Of a DNA stretch of 64,000 nucleotides, positions 39,584 to 51,487 are shown piece after piece. A program made the translations under genes and the position numbers. Source of the DNA: Prorocentrum cordatum (lineage: Eukaryota); contig CAUYUJ010000281.1 of the NCBI GenBank assembly GCA_963575745.1, positions 434,001-498,000 on the forward strand, written 5' to 3'. Position 1 is the first letter of the stretch; the number at the start of each line of letters is the position of its first letter. Below the pieces are notes generated by a model. That model saw only the letters and a program-made list of their open reading frames with translations. It did not search any database and was not told the DNA's origin.

Positions 39584-40838
39584 CACTTTCCCTCCTTCAT
39601 CGTCCATCTCCTGTAGACTGTGCAATATGTCAGCTCGCACTCGCTTGGGGTCAGGGATTAGCCTACTCCGCAATGTCGTTATCGTCGACTGCGTCGCGCG
39701 CGCCGAAGACACGTCCATCGATGATAGCCGACATGACTTGATCATTATGATGCGGGGGTCGCACAACTAGTGAACCTGAGGCCTGCCGGTTGTTCTCATG
39801 TCGAATGAAACGCCCATTGCCCTGCGACGCTGACTTCTGCGCGTGACAGACGAGCGCGCCCCTTGAACTTGCCGGGAGGGCGAGGGCAGGGGGCGGGGCG
39901 GGGGGGGGCGCGTTGGAATTTCAAAAGCCCCCCCCCCTGGGGCGTGAAAAGAACACGGCGACGACGCGACGTCGCTGTCGGGGCTCTGGCGAGAAGCTGC
40001 TGCTGGAGGAGTCCCCTGCATAGAGATTGCGAGCATTGGTATTGTGCCCAAAAGAACAAATTTAGTTTGCCATGCCTCAAGAACAGGGCGCCACGGTGCG
40101 ATCCTGGACCAGCGAGGGCGGGGGGCATCTCCTGCTTGGCGCGTTTCTGGCAGCGGACAACGGAGTCCAACGCTATGTCGAGCTCCTCGTTTGTCTCGCG
40201 ACTGGCGCTGGCTAGCTCTTCCAAACCCTCTCCGTACTCTGGCCATTCTCGTCTCGAATTGGCGCGAACATGCGCTTGCCATTCGATTCGTGATTGGTTT
40301 TCTATCCTCAGTTCCTCTGCGTCGGCAATTTGTCCTTCAGTGCACGCGGCCACTTGTTGGCCCCTGTCTGAAATCCAATGACAAAACGGCAAACAACCGA
40401 CGTGTCACCCAAGAGAGCTCCGCAGTTTGGCTGCAGCTGAGTGGGCGGGCCCTGAGGACTCGGCAGAGCTGCGACAGCTCCCTGATGTCGTGGCTTCACA
40501 GGCTCTCCGAAATCTTCTCACAGAATGAAGCCCCGCGCTGGCCTCGTCAAGCTCCGCCCGCCCGACCCTGCCGAGCATGCTGCTCAAGTCGCGAAACTGG
40601 TGATGGCAACTGCGGCCAACCCTCCGTTGCCATGTCGGATGACATTCACCGTGACAGGATCGTTCTCTTGGCAAACTCGATGTAGAAATCCCTGTGCTGT
40701 ACTGGGCAATCCGTGGCATTTTCACGCGCGCCATGCCTTCGCCAGCGGCGCCAAGAGGTGCACGGTGCGCAGCCCAATGGCAGTGCCGCAAATATTCGTT
40801 GTGCACTCGGTGCCCGTGTGTTGACTCGTGTGCCCGTA

Positions 40839-41026
40839 CGGCAGGTTCGTGTCGTGCCGACCCCAGCGTTGGTTTTTGACACCGCAGGGATCGTTCAACC
40901 TTGAACGATCGGCCGCTGCCGCAACGTCCGATCGTTCAACATCGATCGATTCTGGGCCGCCGGCGGCGTTCAACCTTGAACGTCCACGCTGGGGTCGCCG
41001 CTGGTCGACACGACGCAAACCTACCG
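40839..41026. mobile_element. MITE family G (188 bp, TA target-site duplication, internal cgttcaaccttgaacg palindromes)
   Basis: TA|cggcaggttcgtgtcgtgccgac ... gtcgacacgacgcaaacctaccg|TA; a second copy lies at 42272-42431. Confidence 0.85.
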
Positions 41027-42271
41027 TAGGTTGGCGCGCAACCAGCCGTTCGTTTTCTGACCAATCCGTCCTCCACTGCACGCCGAAAGAGAGGAACCCG
41101 CCAGACTTGAGCGACTAGTCTAAGTCTCTAAGTCCCCGCCCTTCTGGCGCCACATCCTCTGGAAGTTGCGGCCCACTTCCCATCAGAAGTGCGAGTAGCT
41201 CGAGAAGTGCAGACCATGGTGGAGAAACTCTTCGTCTTGATGCTCGGCAGAGGGTTTTTTGAATCCGTCGAAGATCGCCCCTTGCTGCTCTGCGTGCCAG
41301 TCTTCCAGCAGTTGGGCGCCCATGCCTCCTCGGTGGCCTGGCAGACCCCACTGTTGCATCCATGTCGTGTTGATCAGGCCGGCCGTACGAACTGCAAGAC
41401 GATGCCGCAGCCTGGCACCGCACTTCGTGCCCGCCGCTCTACGAGACAACTGGTGCACTTCAGCGTCACGTCTTTTGTTCTCAGGTTCCCAGAGTGAGTC
41501 CTGGGCACGCTATTGAAATGGCTGCCACTGTCGACAACGGTATTCCTTCATGCGCTGTGATTACGCATCCAATTCAATTTCCAATGAATCCATGTCCTAA
41601 TTAATCATGCCTGTGTCAACTAAGCTCGCTGAGCCACCCTGTGCTTCAGTATGAGCTATTCTTACTCTTTGCGTCGTGGATACGCGGGGTATTCATCTAG
41701 AGATTCGCGATTGCATTGCTCCAACAGTTCAAAGAAGTGGATCAGGAGAGGCTGGGTTTCAGAGATCGATAACTTTGTCAGCATGCGCCTCAGACAGGAG
41801 GGAGGCGGAGGAGGAGAGAGGGGGGACTGTTGATCAAGGAGGCGGAGGAGGAGGAGGAGTAGCCAGACACGCTACCACGAGAAAGGATAAGGTGATGCGA
41901 CAGGGGAGGAGCTCATCTCGGCACCGTGAGCGCCAGCGCTCACCGAAAAATCCACGGAGCACCGGCGCCACGCGTGGCGCAGGTGCCCGCGACGAGAAAA
42001 ATCGTGGGCCGCATCCACCTGTACAGACCCCGCTCAACGCTGGACCCTGGTCGCCCCGTGAGTGGGCACGTCGACTCCACTACGGCACCTCCTCCTCCTC
42101 CTCCTCCCCCTCCCCCTCCTCTCTCCTCCTCCTCCTCCTCCTCCACCTCCTCTCCTCCTCCTCCCTCCTCCTCCCCTCCTCCTCCTCCTCTCCTCCTCCT
42201 CCTCTCCTCCTCCTCTCCTCCTCCTCCTCTCTCCTCCTCCTCCTCCTCCTCCTCCTCCTCCTCCTCCCCCT

Positions 42272-42431
42272 CAGGTTCGTGCTAAGCCCGGCGTTGGTCT
42301 CTGTCTTGCACGATCGGCCGTGTCCGGAACGTCGGATCGTTCAACATCGACCGATTCTGGGTCGCTGGCGGCGTTCAACGTTGAACGCCAGCGGCGGGGT
42401 CGCCGCCAGTCGACACGGCGCGAACCTAGCG
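42272..42431. mobile_element. MITE family G, copy 2 (left end abuts a CCT tract)
   Basis: Shares gatcgttcaacatcga.cgattctggg.cgc.ggcggcgttcaac.ttgaacg and ends gtcgacacggcgcgaacctagcg|TA. Confidence 0.8.
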
Positions 42432-42799
42432 TAAACTGCCTGGCCTCGGGCCCTTGCGTGAAGCGACTCGCGACGAGTGAAAAATGGATCAATGGTGCGC
42501 GCGTGCGTCTCCGACTCCCTCCCCCATGCGTCCCCATCCACTCCCCCTTCCCCCCTTCCAGGATCGAGCACTTGGCATGAGAAAGTGCTGAAGCACTCGG
42601 GCGTTGCTCAGTGCACGGGAATGCGATCAATGTTTGGGGCGGGGTAAAAAAACGTGCACCTTTCGTGCTCCTCTTGGGCCCCACAAGGCCCCTCTTTGGA
42701 CACAAGAGGTCGTCCTTTCTCCCCCCGCTGCCCCCCGCCCCGCCGAAGTCCGGGGGAGCCCTGCCCTCCGGGGGGCACGCGCGCGGCTCCCAGGTGGCG

Positions 42800-42902
42800 T
42801 CACGCCGGCGGCGATGGGCCCTCCGCTGGCAGGGGGGCCCCCTCCTTGGCCCGCGAGGCCCACTGCTGGGCCATCCGCACCCGGTGCCCCAGCGTGGGCA
42901 TC
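42800..42902 (-). CDS. Probable terminal exon of the NDC1/NdbB-like type-II NAD(P)H dehydrogenase
   Basis: AAG|G acceptor; (R)MPTLGHRVRMAQQW...* resembles the R(L/M)PTxxHRxxVxxxW C-terminal motif recalled for NDC1-type proteins. Confidence 0.65.
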
Positions 42903-43024
42903 CTTGCGGGTCCCAAAACCACCACCACCACCACCACCACCACCACCACCACCACCACCACCACCACCACCACCACCCCTACCACCACCACCACCACCCC
43001 TACCACCACCACCACCACCACCAC

Positions 43025-43124
43025 NNNNNNNNNNNNNNNNNNNNNNNNNNNNNNNNNNNNNNNNNNNNNNNNNNNNNNNNNNNNNNNNNNNNNNNNNNNN
43101 NNNNNNNNNNNNNNNNNNNNNNNN
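43025..43124. other. Assembly gap (100 N)
   Basis: Run of N. Confidence 1.
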
Positions 43125-43245
43125 GGGGGGGGCAGGGCATGCGCTGAAAGGATGAGGGGTGCCACGAAGTCCGAGGAGGCATCGTGGCCCCCGCCATGAC
43201 ATCCACCCCCCTTAGTCGTTACCCCCCTCTCGGCCGCTCCCGAGC

Positions 43246-43769
43246 CTCCGCGCCAGAGGGCTGGCCGGGACAGAAGGCGGCTGCATCAAAGCGGATGGTC
43301 TGCTCGTTGGTGCCCGCGTGGTCCTTGAACGTGGCCACCCGGCGCCGCCAGTCGACGGAGGCGATGATGCCACGTAGATGGTCCACTTCTGCTGGCCCGG
43401 TGCCTGGTACGCCTGGTGCGCTTCGGCGCTCTGCCCTCGCGAACTGCTCCAGCTCGTCGTAGGTGGGGGCGAACTCGTCCAGCATGATCTCGCCCTCGAC
43501 GGCGTAGTCGATGAGCAGCGGCGTGAACACGAAACGGTCCTTCGGATCCACCAGCAGGATCCTCGGCGGCTTCCGCAGCCCCCCCGTCGGCCACGGCATC
43601 TCGGCCAGCCTCGCGGCAAGATTGAAGCCGCCGATGCCGCCGCCCACCACCAGCACCGTCTGCCTCGTCCTGTCGCTCCCCCCCTCCGCGGCGGCGCGGC
43701 GCGCGCCGCGCCGCGCCCCGGCGCCGCCGCGCCGCAGGGCCGCCCCGGCCGCGAGGGCGGCGGCGCCGC
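43246..43769 (-). CDS. Exon 2 of a type-II NAD(P)H dehydrogenase (NDC1/NdbB-like FAD-dependent oxidoreductase)
   Basis: Rossmann motif VLVVGGGIGGFNLAARL, followed by ILLVDPKDRFVFTPLL...EFAPTY and TIRFD, which is the NDH-2/NDC1 N-terminal pattern. AG|G acceptor (phase 1) and GAG|GC donor. Confidence 0.85.
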
Positions 43770-43794
43770 CTCTCTGCCATCGCTCGGACGCCCA

Positions 43795-43967
43795 GTCCCC
43801 AGAGAAGGAAAAGGTGCCCATACCTCGGCCCTTTCTCTCGTTCCTTCCACTTTGTGGGCCTCCTGGGAAGCCCTCGTCGCCACCGCTGCCTTCGCCCCGA
43901 AATCCGGGCCGGAACGCACCCCGGGAGGTCCGGAGAGTAGCTGTATCGGCACCTTTTGGTCTCCCCA
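43795..43967 (-). mobile_element. MITE family F, copy 2, in intron 1 of the dehydrogenase gene
   Basis: aaaaggtgcccatac ... gtatcggcacctttt; reverse complement of 29943-30115. Confidence 0.7.
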
Positions 43968-44334
43968 ACTCTCCCCCCCGTGCACCTCCCCCCCCCTCGT
44001 GGCTCGAGGATCCGGGAGGCTCCCCGCGGGCCCGTCCCGAGGGCAACGATCACGAGACAGCTCGCCGCTGGGGCCCCAGCGCCGGCCCAAAGGCCGAGCA
44101 GAACTCGGGCGCAGCCTCGCACGCGTTCGAATGCCGACACTTCGTCCTCGCAGTACTCGTATTCCTCACCGTCCTCCTCCCCATCATGATCGTCGTCGTC
44201 CTCCTGTTCGTCCTCCTCCTCATCCTCCTCTTCTTCCTCGTTTCCCTCCTGCTCCAGCTCCCCCTCGTCCTCGTCAAGGGTTTCGTCCTCGTTTCTCATC
44301 TTCCTCCTCCTGCTTATCCTCATTCTCCTGGCAC

Positions 44335-44520
44335 CTCGGCGGCCGAGAATAAAACCGTCTCCCATCGGTTGCGCCATAGGGTGCGCCCTCGGCGGCAGAT
44401 AATAAAACCGTCTTCTACCGGGTGCGCCATAGGTTGCGCCCTCGGCGGCCGAGGGTAAAACCGTCTCCTCTCGGTTGCGCCATTGGGTGCGCCCTCAGCG
44501 GTCGAGAATAAAACCGTCGC
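44335..44520. repeat. 53-bp tandem repeat, about 3.5 copies
   Basis: aaaaccgtc occurs at 44351, 44404, 44457 and 44510. Confidence 0.9.
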
Positions 44521-44777
44521 GTAACGGGCGCGACCAGTGTGTTCAGTTCAGTTCAGTGCAGAAGCTCACTTCAGTTCAGTTCAGTCAGTTTATCTCGCGT
44601 GAAACAAACTCGGGCTACGCCAGGAAGAACAAACAAAGACGTCCAAACAATGACGAGATCGGTGGTTCAAAGATGGGGTCCTGAGAGATGGGGTCCTGAG
44701 GACAGGAATGGGGCCCAAGGGTGCATCTACATTGCTTGAGGCACAACGTCCTTTGGACCCCATCCCTCGGGACCTCA

Positions 44778-44990
44778 AAGATCCGATGTCGTGATTCTTT
44801 CAAGTCGGGGTCACCAGAAGCCTCGACCCATTCCCCGGGACCGGCTTTGCAGCCTGAGTCGCTTTTGACGGTCCCGAGGCCCGGCGAGGGCCCCTGGGGG
44901 CCGAAACTTGCGAAAACCCCCGCCTTCATTTTTTCAATAATTTGGATCTCTGGGGTAGTCCAGGGCGGTCTCAACAACCCTCCGCCCTCC
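44778..44990 (+). mobile_element. Family D copy
   Basis: Close match to 56346-56560. Confidence 0.8.
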
Positions 44991-45502
44991 CCCTCCTACT
45001 CCTCCTTCTCCTCCTCCTCCTCCTCCTCCTCCTCCTCCTCCTCCTCCTCCCCCTCCTCCTCCTCCTCCTCCTCCTTCTCCTCCTCCTCCTCCTCCCTTAT
45101 CCTTCCTCTCATCCTCCTCCCCTCCTCCCTCCTCCGCCGTTCCTCCTCTCCTTCCTCCTCCGCTCCTTCCCTCCGCACACTGTTCCTCCTCCTCTCTCCG
45201 CCTCCGACCTCCCTCCGCCTCCGCCTCTCCTCATTCCTCTCTCCTCACCCTACCTCCCCCCTTTCCGCTCCTCCTCTTCTCTCCTCCTCCGACCTCCCTC
45301 CGGCCTCCTCACTCCTCCTCCTCCTCCTCCTCTCATTACTTTTCTCCTCATCCTCCTACTCCCTTCTCCTCCTCCGATCATCCCGTCCTCACCTCCGCAT
45401 CATCATCAACACACGCGCTCGACACACCATCCGCCCACACCCCCCCCCTCTCCCCCTCTCTACATCCACCTCCTCTATCACTATGGCGAGCCGAGCCCGA
45501 GC

Positions 45503-45665
45503 CTCTGGCGGTGCGGCACCGGCCCGGGCCGAGGCGCGCCCTCCGCGCGCCTCGAGCCGCCGGCGCACACTCGGGCGCGCGTGCGGGCGGCGGCCGGCGG
45601 CCAGGCAGGGCAGCGGCAGCCGCCGCCGGGGGCGCGCCAGCCGCCGCGCGGGCGGCCATGGCCAT
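45503..45665 (-). CDS. Probable exon 1 of the dehydrogenase gene (Ala/Arg-rich N-terminal presequence, MAMAARAAAG...)
   Basis: ATGGCC start preceded by a ctAG|G candidate trans-splice acceptor; the AG|GC donor in phase 1 matches the phase-1 acceptor at 43769. Confidence 0.6.
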
Positions 45666-45896
45666 GCTCGAGCCTAGCGGCTCCTCCTCCCCCTCCTCCC
45701 CCGCCCACCTCCCTCCTCCTCCTCCTCCTCCTCCCTCCTCCCTCCTCCTCCTCCTCCTCCTCCTCCTCGACGACGACTGGCGCGAAGAGTATCTCCGCGC
45801 CACATGCCGCTTACGCCGCCTCGGCCCCGCACTGAGCAGGGCACGAGGGCGGCGCCTCCGACCGCTCGATGACGAACGGTATCAAAGCCAGACGAG

Positions 45897-48800
45897 TTAG
45901 CCCACCGAGGCAATCGACGCGGAGGAGGCGCCACGCGCAGACGACGTCTCCCCCGCGCGGATCGTTTCAGCGGACAGCAGGCGCTGGCGCAGCAGGTGCC
46001 AGCGCTTGTTCAGGCTGAAGCGTGCAGGATCACGCGACAAATTCTGCAAAACACGAAAGCCATGCGATCCAGGGAGAGGATTCCCCAGACAGGCTTGCTG
46101 GAACTGCTGGGAGACCTTCCTGCCCCCCAGCCCACACACAAGACAGGCGACGCACCACGCCCCGCCTGTGAGCTGGAAAAGATGACAGACGTGCTGGCGA
46201 TCGCCAGCGGCGGCGATGCGCACGCATGCCGAGTCAGCCTGGGCGAGGGCTCGTGGCGTACGGGTGGGAGGAGGAGGGAGGACCTCAAGGGGAGGAGGAA
46301 CCTTCACTCTCTGAGCCCTCGCCTTGACCTGCACATGCAACGAGTCACAGTCACACAAACGTGGCCCAACGCGCGCGCACCATCTGGCATAATGTCGGAG
46401 CACGCGCGCTTTGGACTGCCTGGTAGTACGAAGCTCAGCTGGCACTCTGGCGCGCTCCGTGCTCCACTTGGCCCAATCATCGGCCTCCCCGTTGCCGTCG
46501 CGACAAAACTGAGACACTCTACCCGCTTGCACTGCAGCACGCGTGGTGTGAGCTGGGACCTTGATTAGAGCGAAGGATTGCACTCCACCCCAGTCGTCAA
46601 TCCTGGCCCACACGAGTCTCCAAATTTCAGCCCAGGCGCTGCTGCTGCTACAGCAGTGCCTGCGACCGCGAACAAGCACGCCCTCGAAAACGAAACTCGA
46701 ATCGGTGTAAAAAGTGGCCCCAGGGGTGGCATGCTGGAGACCCCTGAGGAAAGCAGTGAGCTCGGCCGCATCGATGTCTACGAGCGTGCCAGGCAGAACT
46801 CCGACGAGCACAGACCGCACCTTAGCCGAATCGGCCTCGACAGCGACGACAGCCCACCCCGCGGCCTGAGCGTGGGCGGGCAGATCCTGGTCGTGCCAGG
46901 AGCCGTCCAAGAAAATATGCCCATCCATCTCTGTGGGACCGCCGCCGAACCATCTCTCGGGAGGTTTGGTGGAAGCAGGCAGCACAGCAGCAGGCACGAG
47001 CAGCCTCTCAGCAAAGAGGTTGGTGAGAGGGGAGGCGGCGGCAGCGCGCGACAGAGGGCCGAGGTAGGACGGAATATCCTTAGCCTCCATCACCTCCTCC
47101 TGCATTCCGCAAGCCGTGTGCCTGTGCCTGAGCGTGCACGGGTTCTGGCGGCAAGCCAAGCACACAGGCGAATCGGTCATTCCGGTGCTCCACTGTCGAT
47201 GCTGTGGCCACTGGCCGCCTGATACAACACTCTTGAGGTAGCCTTTTTCCGTAGGCAAGAGCTCCTTACCTTGCATGAGCGACACCAAAGGCTGAAACAA
47301 GCATCCGTCTTGCAGCTCTGGCATCTTTTCTGTCTGCGCGACGCGGGACCAGAGCCAACAATCAATAACTCGCACCAGCCATAGCCCTACCGTGCGAGGC
47401 GAGACTTCTTGGACAGAGATGCGTCCAAGCACAGAGTGAGACCATTGGAACCCTTGGACCAGGATCTCAAGGCGGATCGCCGTGGCAGCACAGGCCGAGA
47501 ACGGGCCACGAACGCTGCCCCAGGCGTTGCCACTCTGCTGGATTCGCTCATAGGCTTCAGTGATGCCTTGCTCGAGCAGCTTGGCTGGGAGCCACAAATC
47601 CCAAACGGCGCTGGCGAAGGCAAGCAGCGGGTCCATGTTGAGACGATACACAGGATCACACCGCGGGACCTCCGCAAGCATTAAAAGTAGCGCGATAGAT
47701 CTACCAGCCAAACTGTTGACTTGCACATAAGCTTGCATCGCACGAGCGGTGCGTAGCTGAGTGTTGTTGCTGCCATACACGTTGCCCCCATACTTGAGGG
47801 AGGCCAAGCAAGCAGCCGACACCATATGATGCACACTGCGTTTTTTTAATCACTTTGGCGAAACTGTGCAGCTTCCGCGCCCGAGCAATAGCTGGACGCA
47901 TCCTAGCAGCACGAGTCTCTTTGGCCATAACTCTAGCAAAGGCAAAGTCGATCCCCAAGTTGCGCTCACTGGAGACCCCTTTCAACTTGACAGACTTCAC
48001 CCGCTGCACTATCCGATCTCTCAACCCTTTATCCGACGCGACGACGCGACCCTTCCGACTGTGCACGACGAGACCAATCTTCTTGAGCTCGGTGTGCAGC
48101 AGGGTGGTGGCATTAGAGAGCTCGTGTTCTACATCAGTAGCGCGCCCTAGCTTTTGCAAACCGAAATCATCTACTACTATGCCCAAGTCAACGCGAGGGA
48201 ACGTAGCGCACACTCGATCTACAGGCAGCAAGAGCACTAGCTGCAGCATGACCGTTGCGAAGTGGCATCCTGGCAGCACCGCTTGGTTCGCGGCCAAGGG
48301 CTGCGATACAGCATCGTTGAGGGAGAGAACACGTGGGGACCTGTAGAGCTCCACGAGGAGCTTCAGCTGGCGAGTCGGAAAATTCGTACGCAGCGCCGCA
48401 GAGAGGAGCTCTGCGTGGGAGACGTGCTCGAAAGCCTTCTGCAAATCGAGCAACACCAGGCCAGAGCTGAAGCCTTTGGTGGCGGCCCATTCAGCTCCAG
48501 CTACTTGAATCCAGACTAACTTGTCGCTGCTGCGACCGCTGGTGGACCACCAGTACGGCCGCGGGTTGGCCTCTTGCCAGTCCTTGATCAGGGGACGCCT
48601 GAGCCGTCCCTGAATTCTGGCTAACATGTGGATTAGCGCTATTGGCCTCAGGCCACCTTCCCGTTTGGCCAGGAAAACGACCTTGGTCCAGAACCTGGGC
48701 CAAGAGGCAGCTCGCTCGATCTCTTCGAGCAGGTCCAGCAGCAACTCTAGGCCGGCATCGGAGAGGGCCAGAAGTTGTCGCGGCGTGACCTGATCAAAGC

Positions 48801-50350
48801 CACAGCCTGAAGCACGTGGGAAGGTGCCCAGACATTCTTTCAACTCTTGGAGACTGGGGCGAGGAAACTCAGGCCCTAGATCGCTTGGCCAAGGGATGCT
48901 GGACTCCTCCGCCCCCACCCTCCACCAGTGCGACCACTCCTCCTCCAATAAATCAACTTCCTGCTGCATGGTTGCAGGCTGCGCAGGCACACCAGCTCCG
49001 CTGGCGAAGGTGAAAGAGCTGGCGTGCCACGGCACAGGCGGCCTGGAGGTGGCGAAGAGCGCCGCTCCTCCGTTGATGCTATGACGCTGGACCCAGGACC
49101 GCCAGCCGTCGCGCTTGCTTTTTTTCAGCTTGCCTGAACGCTTGTTCAGCTTTGGTAGTGGCCACCACAGAGAGCGCAGAGACTAAATCGTACGGCAACA
49201 CCTGAGCAAGCGAGAGCAACGCCTTCCAAGGCGCAGCAACATGCGCCTCTACCTTACTGTCTTGACGTTGAAGCAGAGACGCAAGACGTAGATCTGGCAC
49301 TCGACGACAAGGTGGTTGCCAGGAGCCCATGGAGTGGAAGCACTGCGCCACCAGCCTCCACCAGAGAGCCTCAGGACTCAGCCTCGGGTATGGCAGCTTG
49401 CCAGGGCTGGGCGCCTTGCGCGTGACGAAGGAAGGCCCCTCAGCGCGCCCAGCATACTCAGGGTGCTCGTCCAGGCTGACGTCGTAGATGTCGGCCCAGT
49501 CTTTCTCGGCTGCTCGAATCCACTCTTGCCACATGCCATCTACATTGCCAGCAGCCGTCATGGAGACCTGCGCGTCTGCCCAGTACTGATCGGGGTCGTG
49601 ACGGCGACATCCAATCGGCAACTCAACTGGGAACCGCTTTGGCACCCGAGCCACTCGGTAGCACAACTGCTGCGCCACCTCGGGCTGAAGAGTGAGGAGC
49701 ACAGGGCTGTGAGGCTTGGTGCCAACTCCATGCACAAGCTCTGCCGTGGCCCCGTACTGCAGGGTGGCAGAGACTATAAAGAAATCCAGCACGCGCCCTT
49801 TCGACTGAGCCGAATTGCTGCAGGTCGCCACTGACGGAGCAACGATGGCGCCATCGATGGCCTCAACCCACCCAGAGCCATTAAGCTGATCAGGAGTCAT
49901 CTGAAAGTCACCATTGATAATGTACGGCATGTTGGCGATCTTGATGGCCTCGCCAACTGCATTGAGGACGGCCCAGTTCCTCGGGCCCAACTGCTCACCG
50001 TCGTGCAGGTAGACGTTGACCCACAGGAACCCGCACGGCGTGAGACCTGAAGCGTGAAGCGCCGAAGCCCTCCCGTTCGCGATGGTGACGGGAAGATGCT
50101 CCACCTCCGCCAGCCCCTGGTGTCCAGGGACTGCTTGAAGAAGACCGCCACTGCTGCCTCCTCTCCCTGTGGCCAGAGCTGGCTCCATTCTGGCGCGCCA
50201 GCCCGTGCCCTTCAACTTGGCCTCCCAAGACGCACACTGCCATTGCTCGACGTGGTGTTCTTGAACGGCTAAAGCATCGCAACTTTGCGCAACGGAGTGC
50301 CCAAGAAGAGCCTCCAGGCCGAGAAGGCCCGTGACGATGCTGGTAATCAT
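45897..50350 (-). CDS. LINE ORF2 in three frame segments, with frameshifts near 49122 and 47844
   Basis: APE endonuclease: AVQEHH, VNVYL, INGDFQ, VLDFF, PHSPV. RT: GLRPIAL, LLDLQKAFEHV, VLPGC, IVVDDF, RNLGIDF. RNase H: IFLDGS, AELTA, YTDS, KVPAH, GNGEADDWAK. Cys/His clusters CLAC...HRHTAC and CVACLVC. Confidence 0.92.
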
Positions 50351-50366
50351 CCTCCACCTCTGTTTG

Positions 50367-51374
50367 TCAAACCTGCTGGGCACCGCCTGCTGCCGAGGCC
50401 GCGTCGTCAGCCCGCAGCTTCTTGGAGGCCTGCACACGCACCTGGCTGAAGATGTCGGCGACCAGGCTGTGCTTGACGCCGTGCTTCTCGCCAAGCTCGG
50501 CAACCATGGCACTGCCCTCGTCCTCGTTCTCGGCGAGGTACTGGAGCAGGTCCTGATGAGCAAGCCTGGCACGCTCCTGCGCTGCGAGGGCGTCGGCACT
50601 GGGAGGCTGTGGCCCAGCAGGCGGCATGTCAGCGTCAGCCCCGCCAGCAGGAGGAGCAGAACCAGCTGGAGGAGCAGCGGGAGCCGCGGGGGCTGGCAGC
50701 GCCTCTCGAAGCGCGGGGACGACACCGGCGAGCGTGGCCGCAACCTGCTTGAGCGGCTCGGACTGCTCGAGCGCCGCCACGAGCTTCTGGAGCTGGCCGA
50801 GCGGGTCGGCGGGCGCCATGGTGGCGTAGGCGGCGGCGGCACGCGCAGCTGCAACCTTCTCAGCCTGCACAGCTGCGGCCAACTCCGCCTTGAGCTTGAC
50901 CGCATTAGCCACTGCTCTCCCCACTGCCTCCTGCGCCCTGTCATAGGCGCGCTGGGCCTTGACCTTTTTGTCCGAGGCCGTGTCTTGCTCGAGCCTTGCA
51001 GCCTTGGCGCTGGCTTTGGGCTCGTCGCTCTGGAGAGCGCGCTGCACCTTGATCTTGGCAACGAGCTTCGCAGGCCAGCCCTCGGTGGCGACCTCGAAGT
51101 CCTCCTGGGACATGGACGCGTAGACTTTGATCTGCTCCGTCGAGAGTTGCAACATGCGAGGCTGCGCTGCAGCCTTGGGATTGGGAGGCCCTTGCATCCA
51201 GGCGCCGAGAAGACGCTCGCCTGGCGCTTGACCTTGCCCCGCTTGACCACGTGCTGCTTGCCCAGGGAGACGCCCAGGCTTCCAGCCGCACCTGTAGCAA
51301 CTCGTTCTTGAAGCATAGTTGCGTTGAAACCCACACCTCTTGTTACAGCACGCCCAGCGAGAGAAATCTCCCAT
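50367..51374 (-). CDS. LINE ORF1, 335 aa, with an N-terminal RanBP2-type zinc finger and Ala-rich coiled-coil-like region
   Basis: MGDFSRWACCNKRCGFQRNYASRTSCYRCG approximates W-x-C-x(2-4)-C-x(3-4)-N-x6-C-x2-C; first ATG after the spliced leader; stop lies 17 nt before the ORF2 ATG. Confidence 0.85.
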   Translation of the reverse strand: MGDFSRWACCNKRCGFQRNYASRTSCYRCGWKPGRLPGQAARGQAGQGQAPGERLLGAWMQGPPNPKAAAQPRMLQLSTEQIKVYASMSQEDFEVATEGWPAKLVAKIKVQRALQSDEPKASAKAARLEQDTASDKKVKAQRAYDRAQEAVGRAVANAVKLKAELAAAVQAEKVAAARAAAAYATMAPADPLGQLQKLVAALEQSEPLKQVAATLAGVVPALREALPAPAAPAAPPAGSAPPAGGADADMPPAGPQPPSADALAAQERARLAHQDLLQYLAENEDEGSAMVAELGEKHGVKHSLVADIFSQVRVQASKKLRADDAASAAGGAQQV

Positions 51375-51487
51375 GTGCTCAGCGTAGTTGGAAGGCAAGG
51401 GCGTGCGGGCTGAAACCGCAGTTCTGTACCGATGTAAGTGAGGAAACTGACGGGGTCGCGAACCCCAGGCCAAAGAAAACTCTTGTC

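Noticed and set aside
44335..44520. CRISPR-like 53-bp periodic array
   Set aside because: It is a plain tandem repeat; the intervening parts are also copies of each other.
50351..51334. N-terminal extension of the 751-aa ORF overlapping ORF1
   Set aside because: It is a low-information Arg/Ser/Pro shadow frame of GC-rich ORF1; recognisable APE sequence starts only near 50356.
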